Source: Octopus sinensis
Taxonomy: Eukaryota
NCBI RefSeq assembly: GCF_006345805.1
Contig: NC_043011.1
Location: 31,012,464-31,076,463 of the forward strand
Direction of reading: 5' to 3'
Length of the DNA stretch: 64,000 nt
In this document: positions 62,070-64,000 of the stretch, piece by piece
How the letters are laid out: each line of letters starts with the position of its first letter
How positions within the stretch are numbered: the first letter of the stretch is position 1
Notes under the pieces: model-generated
Databases searched by the model: none
What the model saw: only the letters and a program-made list of their open reading frames with translations
What the model was told of the DNA's origin: nothing
Translations under genes and position numbers: made by a program

Positions 62070-62255
62070 TGTCATATGACCTGCTAAAACAGAAGCCAAT
62101 GAGAGAGTACTTCTGTACATGACCTGCCAACACTGCAGCCAATGAGAGACCATCTGTAAAATATTATATTACCAGTCAAGACAACAACCAATGAGAGATG
62201 TATGTATATTACATGATGGCTACTACAGCAGCCAACAAGATACTGTCTATGTAAG
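62070..62255. repeat. Degenerate ~45-bp tandem repeat, 4 units, three with CCAATGAGAG
   Basis: CCAAT at 62096, 62139 and 62188; CCAAC variant at 62232. Confidence 0.7.
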
Positions 62256-63510
62256 AGACATGAATTGATAATACATCATTGGAATCTTTACTTTAAATTA
62301 GTCATTGTTTTCAACACAGAAACCAGATCCAACAGCAGACATGAAGGTTACAGCTACAAAGTAATTCACATTATGAGGTTTGGTTAAATCAAACACCAGA
62401 TTTAAAGGCAGGAGAATACTGCTTGTAGAGTACCTGTTATTAAGGGAGTACAGCTGATGGCTTATGAGTGAACGATAATTATTATGTAGTATGTATAAAT
62501 CTGTCTGCCAGACACCTTTGTTTATATATTATGCATTTAGTTCAATCAGAGCAGATTTCTGGTAACCGATGGTGACACCACCAACAACCTCATAATGTGT
62601 TGGTTTTCACTTTTAAATAAATAAATAAAATATAATTTAAAACTTCTCTAAAGATAAAATACTGATTTCTTACATAGGCACAAGGGTTCAGATTCATTGG
62701 GAATAAGGGATGAGATGAGACTTAGAGATGTTCATGCTTTTCTCAAACATCAGCAGCATAAGTGAATTGAAATAGCTACAACTGGGTTGTGGATTTCACT
62801 CACAAGGAGTTTATCAATTTTTATGGTATTTAATGCTAAAATTCTAAAAGAACACAATTTTTTTTTGTTTTTGCTTAGGCGCAAAGGCTTAAGTCAAACC
62901 AACAAAAGAAATTCCAGTACATATTTTACTAATATCTATTTTATCAACCCAAGTGAGATAAAAGGCAAAGTCAACTCAGAGCACACAGGAACAAAATAGT
63001 AAATGGTATAATGCCTTTAGTCTGGGTACTCTAATATTTATGCCAACTCAGAACATTCTAACTATAAAATAAGGATTTCATATACAGGCACAAGGCCACA
63101 AATTTGTAGGGGAGGGATATACTCAATTGATGTCACCCAGTATAATAACTGGTACTTATTTTAAAGGCAAAGTTGATCCTGGTGGGATTTCAACTTACAA
63201 TTGTAAAGGGACAAAAACTAAATACTGTTAAGCATTTAGTCTGGAGTTCCCCATTTTTTCAATCCTGCTTGCTTCCATTCTCTAATAGATAAAAAATACT
63301 TTTTTTTTTTTTAAATGACACACAAGTGAATTAGGGTTTCTGAGAGAGAAATAAATAAGAGTTCCATAAAAACAACACTATTACATAATTAGTATATACA
63401 AAGTGAAAAAAACACTCGTTTTTTTTTTTCCCCATTTTTTTTCTTCTTACACATAATAAAATAAGTTATTTCATTTTGTCCTGCTGTAAAAATACTATTG
63501 TCAACATTGA

Positions 63511-63713
63511 TTAAGTGTCTTCACGTTGTATATTGAAACAAGATGGAAATTTCCAACTGCGAGAGCCACCACACACTCTCAGTGCAAGCCAGTCATCTGT
63601 GTTTGATACGGAACATATGTCTTTCTCATCGTTTGTCACTTCTGTCTCAGTAGAACTTTCACAATTAGCTCCCCGGTGATTACTCTCTGTATTGTTGTCA
63701 GCAGTATCCGAAC
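63511..63713 (-). CDS. Probable last coding exon of an unidentified upstream gene (SDTADNNTES...DDWLALRVCGGSRSWKFPSCFNIQREDT*)
   Basis: Long U tract plus ttgacag acceptor before 63713 (phase 1), open frame to TAA, non-repetitive sequence. Protein not recognised. Confidence 0.6.
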
Positions 63714-63954
63714 CTGTCAACACAAGCATTAAAAAAAAAAACAGTTATTAAAAAAAAAAAACACGCACACACACACACAAAAAAAAAAAAACTCACAGGC
63801 ACAGTTTTGACTGTGTAGTAAGAAGTTTACTTCCCAATCACATGGTTCTGGGTTCTGTCTCATTGCATGGCACCTTGAGCAAGTGTCTTCTTCCATAGCC
63901 CTAGGCTGACCAAAGCCATTTGAGTGGATTTGGTAGACAGAAACTGAAAGACGC

Positions 63955-63996
<42 letters not shown>

Positions 63997-64000
63997 GAGA

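Overview
AT-rich, repeat-saturated animal DNA. The tRNA-derived SINE, RTE and Penelope families look like those of an octopus genome, which is inferred from remembered repeat consensus and not from a search. The window holds one apparently complete protein-coding gene on the minus strand, NCAPG (condensin I subunit CAP-G). I assembled 16 coding exons from 46534 down to 6160, all GT-AG with matching phases: 2976 nt, or 991 aa plus stop. A probable 3'-UTR exon lies near 4.0-4.36 kb and a probable promoter/5'-UTR region near 47.5-49.5 kb. The probable last coding exon of a second, unidentified minus-strand gene is at 63511-63713. The rest is mostly transposon debris, often nested: Tigger/pogo, mariner, Merlin-like and piggyBac-like MITEs, Helitrons, CR1, RTE, Penelope and SINEs. 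Best leads: (1) type I hammerhead ribozyme motifs with stem I covariation in Penelope pseudo-LTRs inside NCAPG introns, one on the pre-mRNA strand; (2) a duplicated splice acceptor that could define a 42-nt stop-containing poison microexon; (3) a Cys-periodic 13-14 aa repeat tail on CAP-G with the stop in the penultimate exon; (4) a GG-terminal, 8-bp-TSD MITE family at the centre of several nested insertions. All coordinates were counted by eye.
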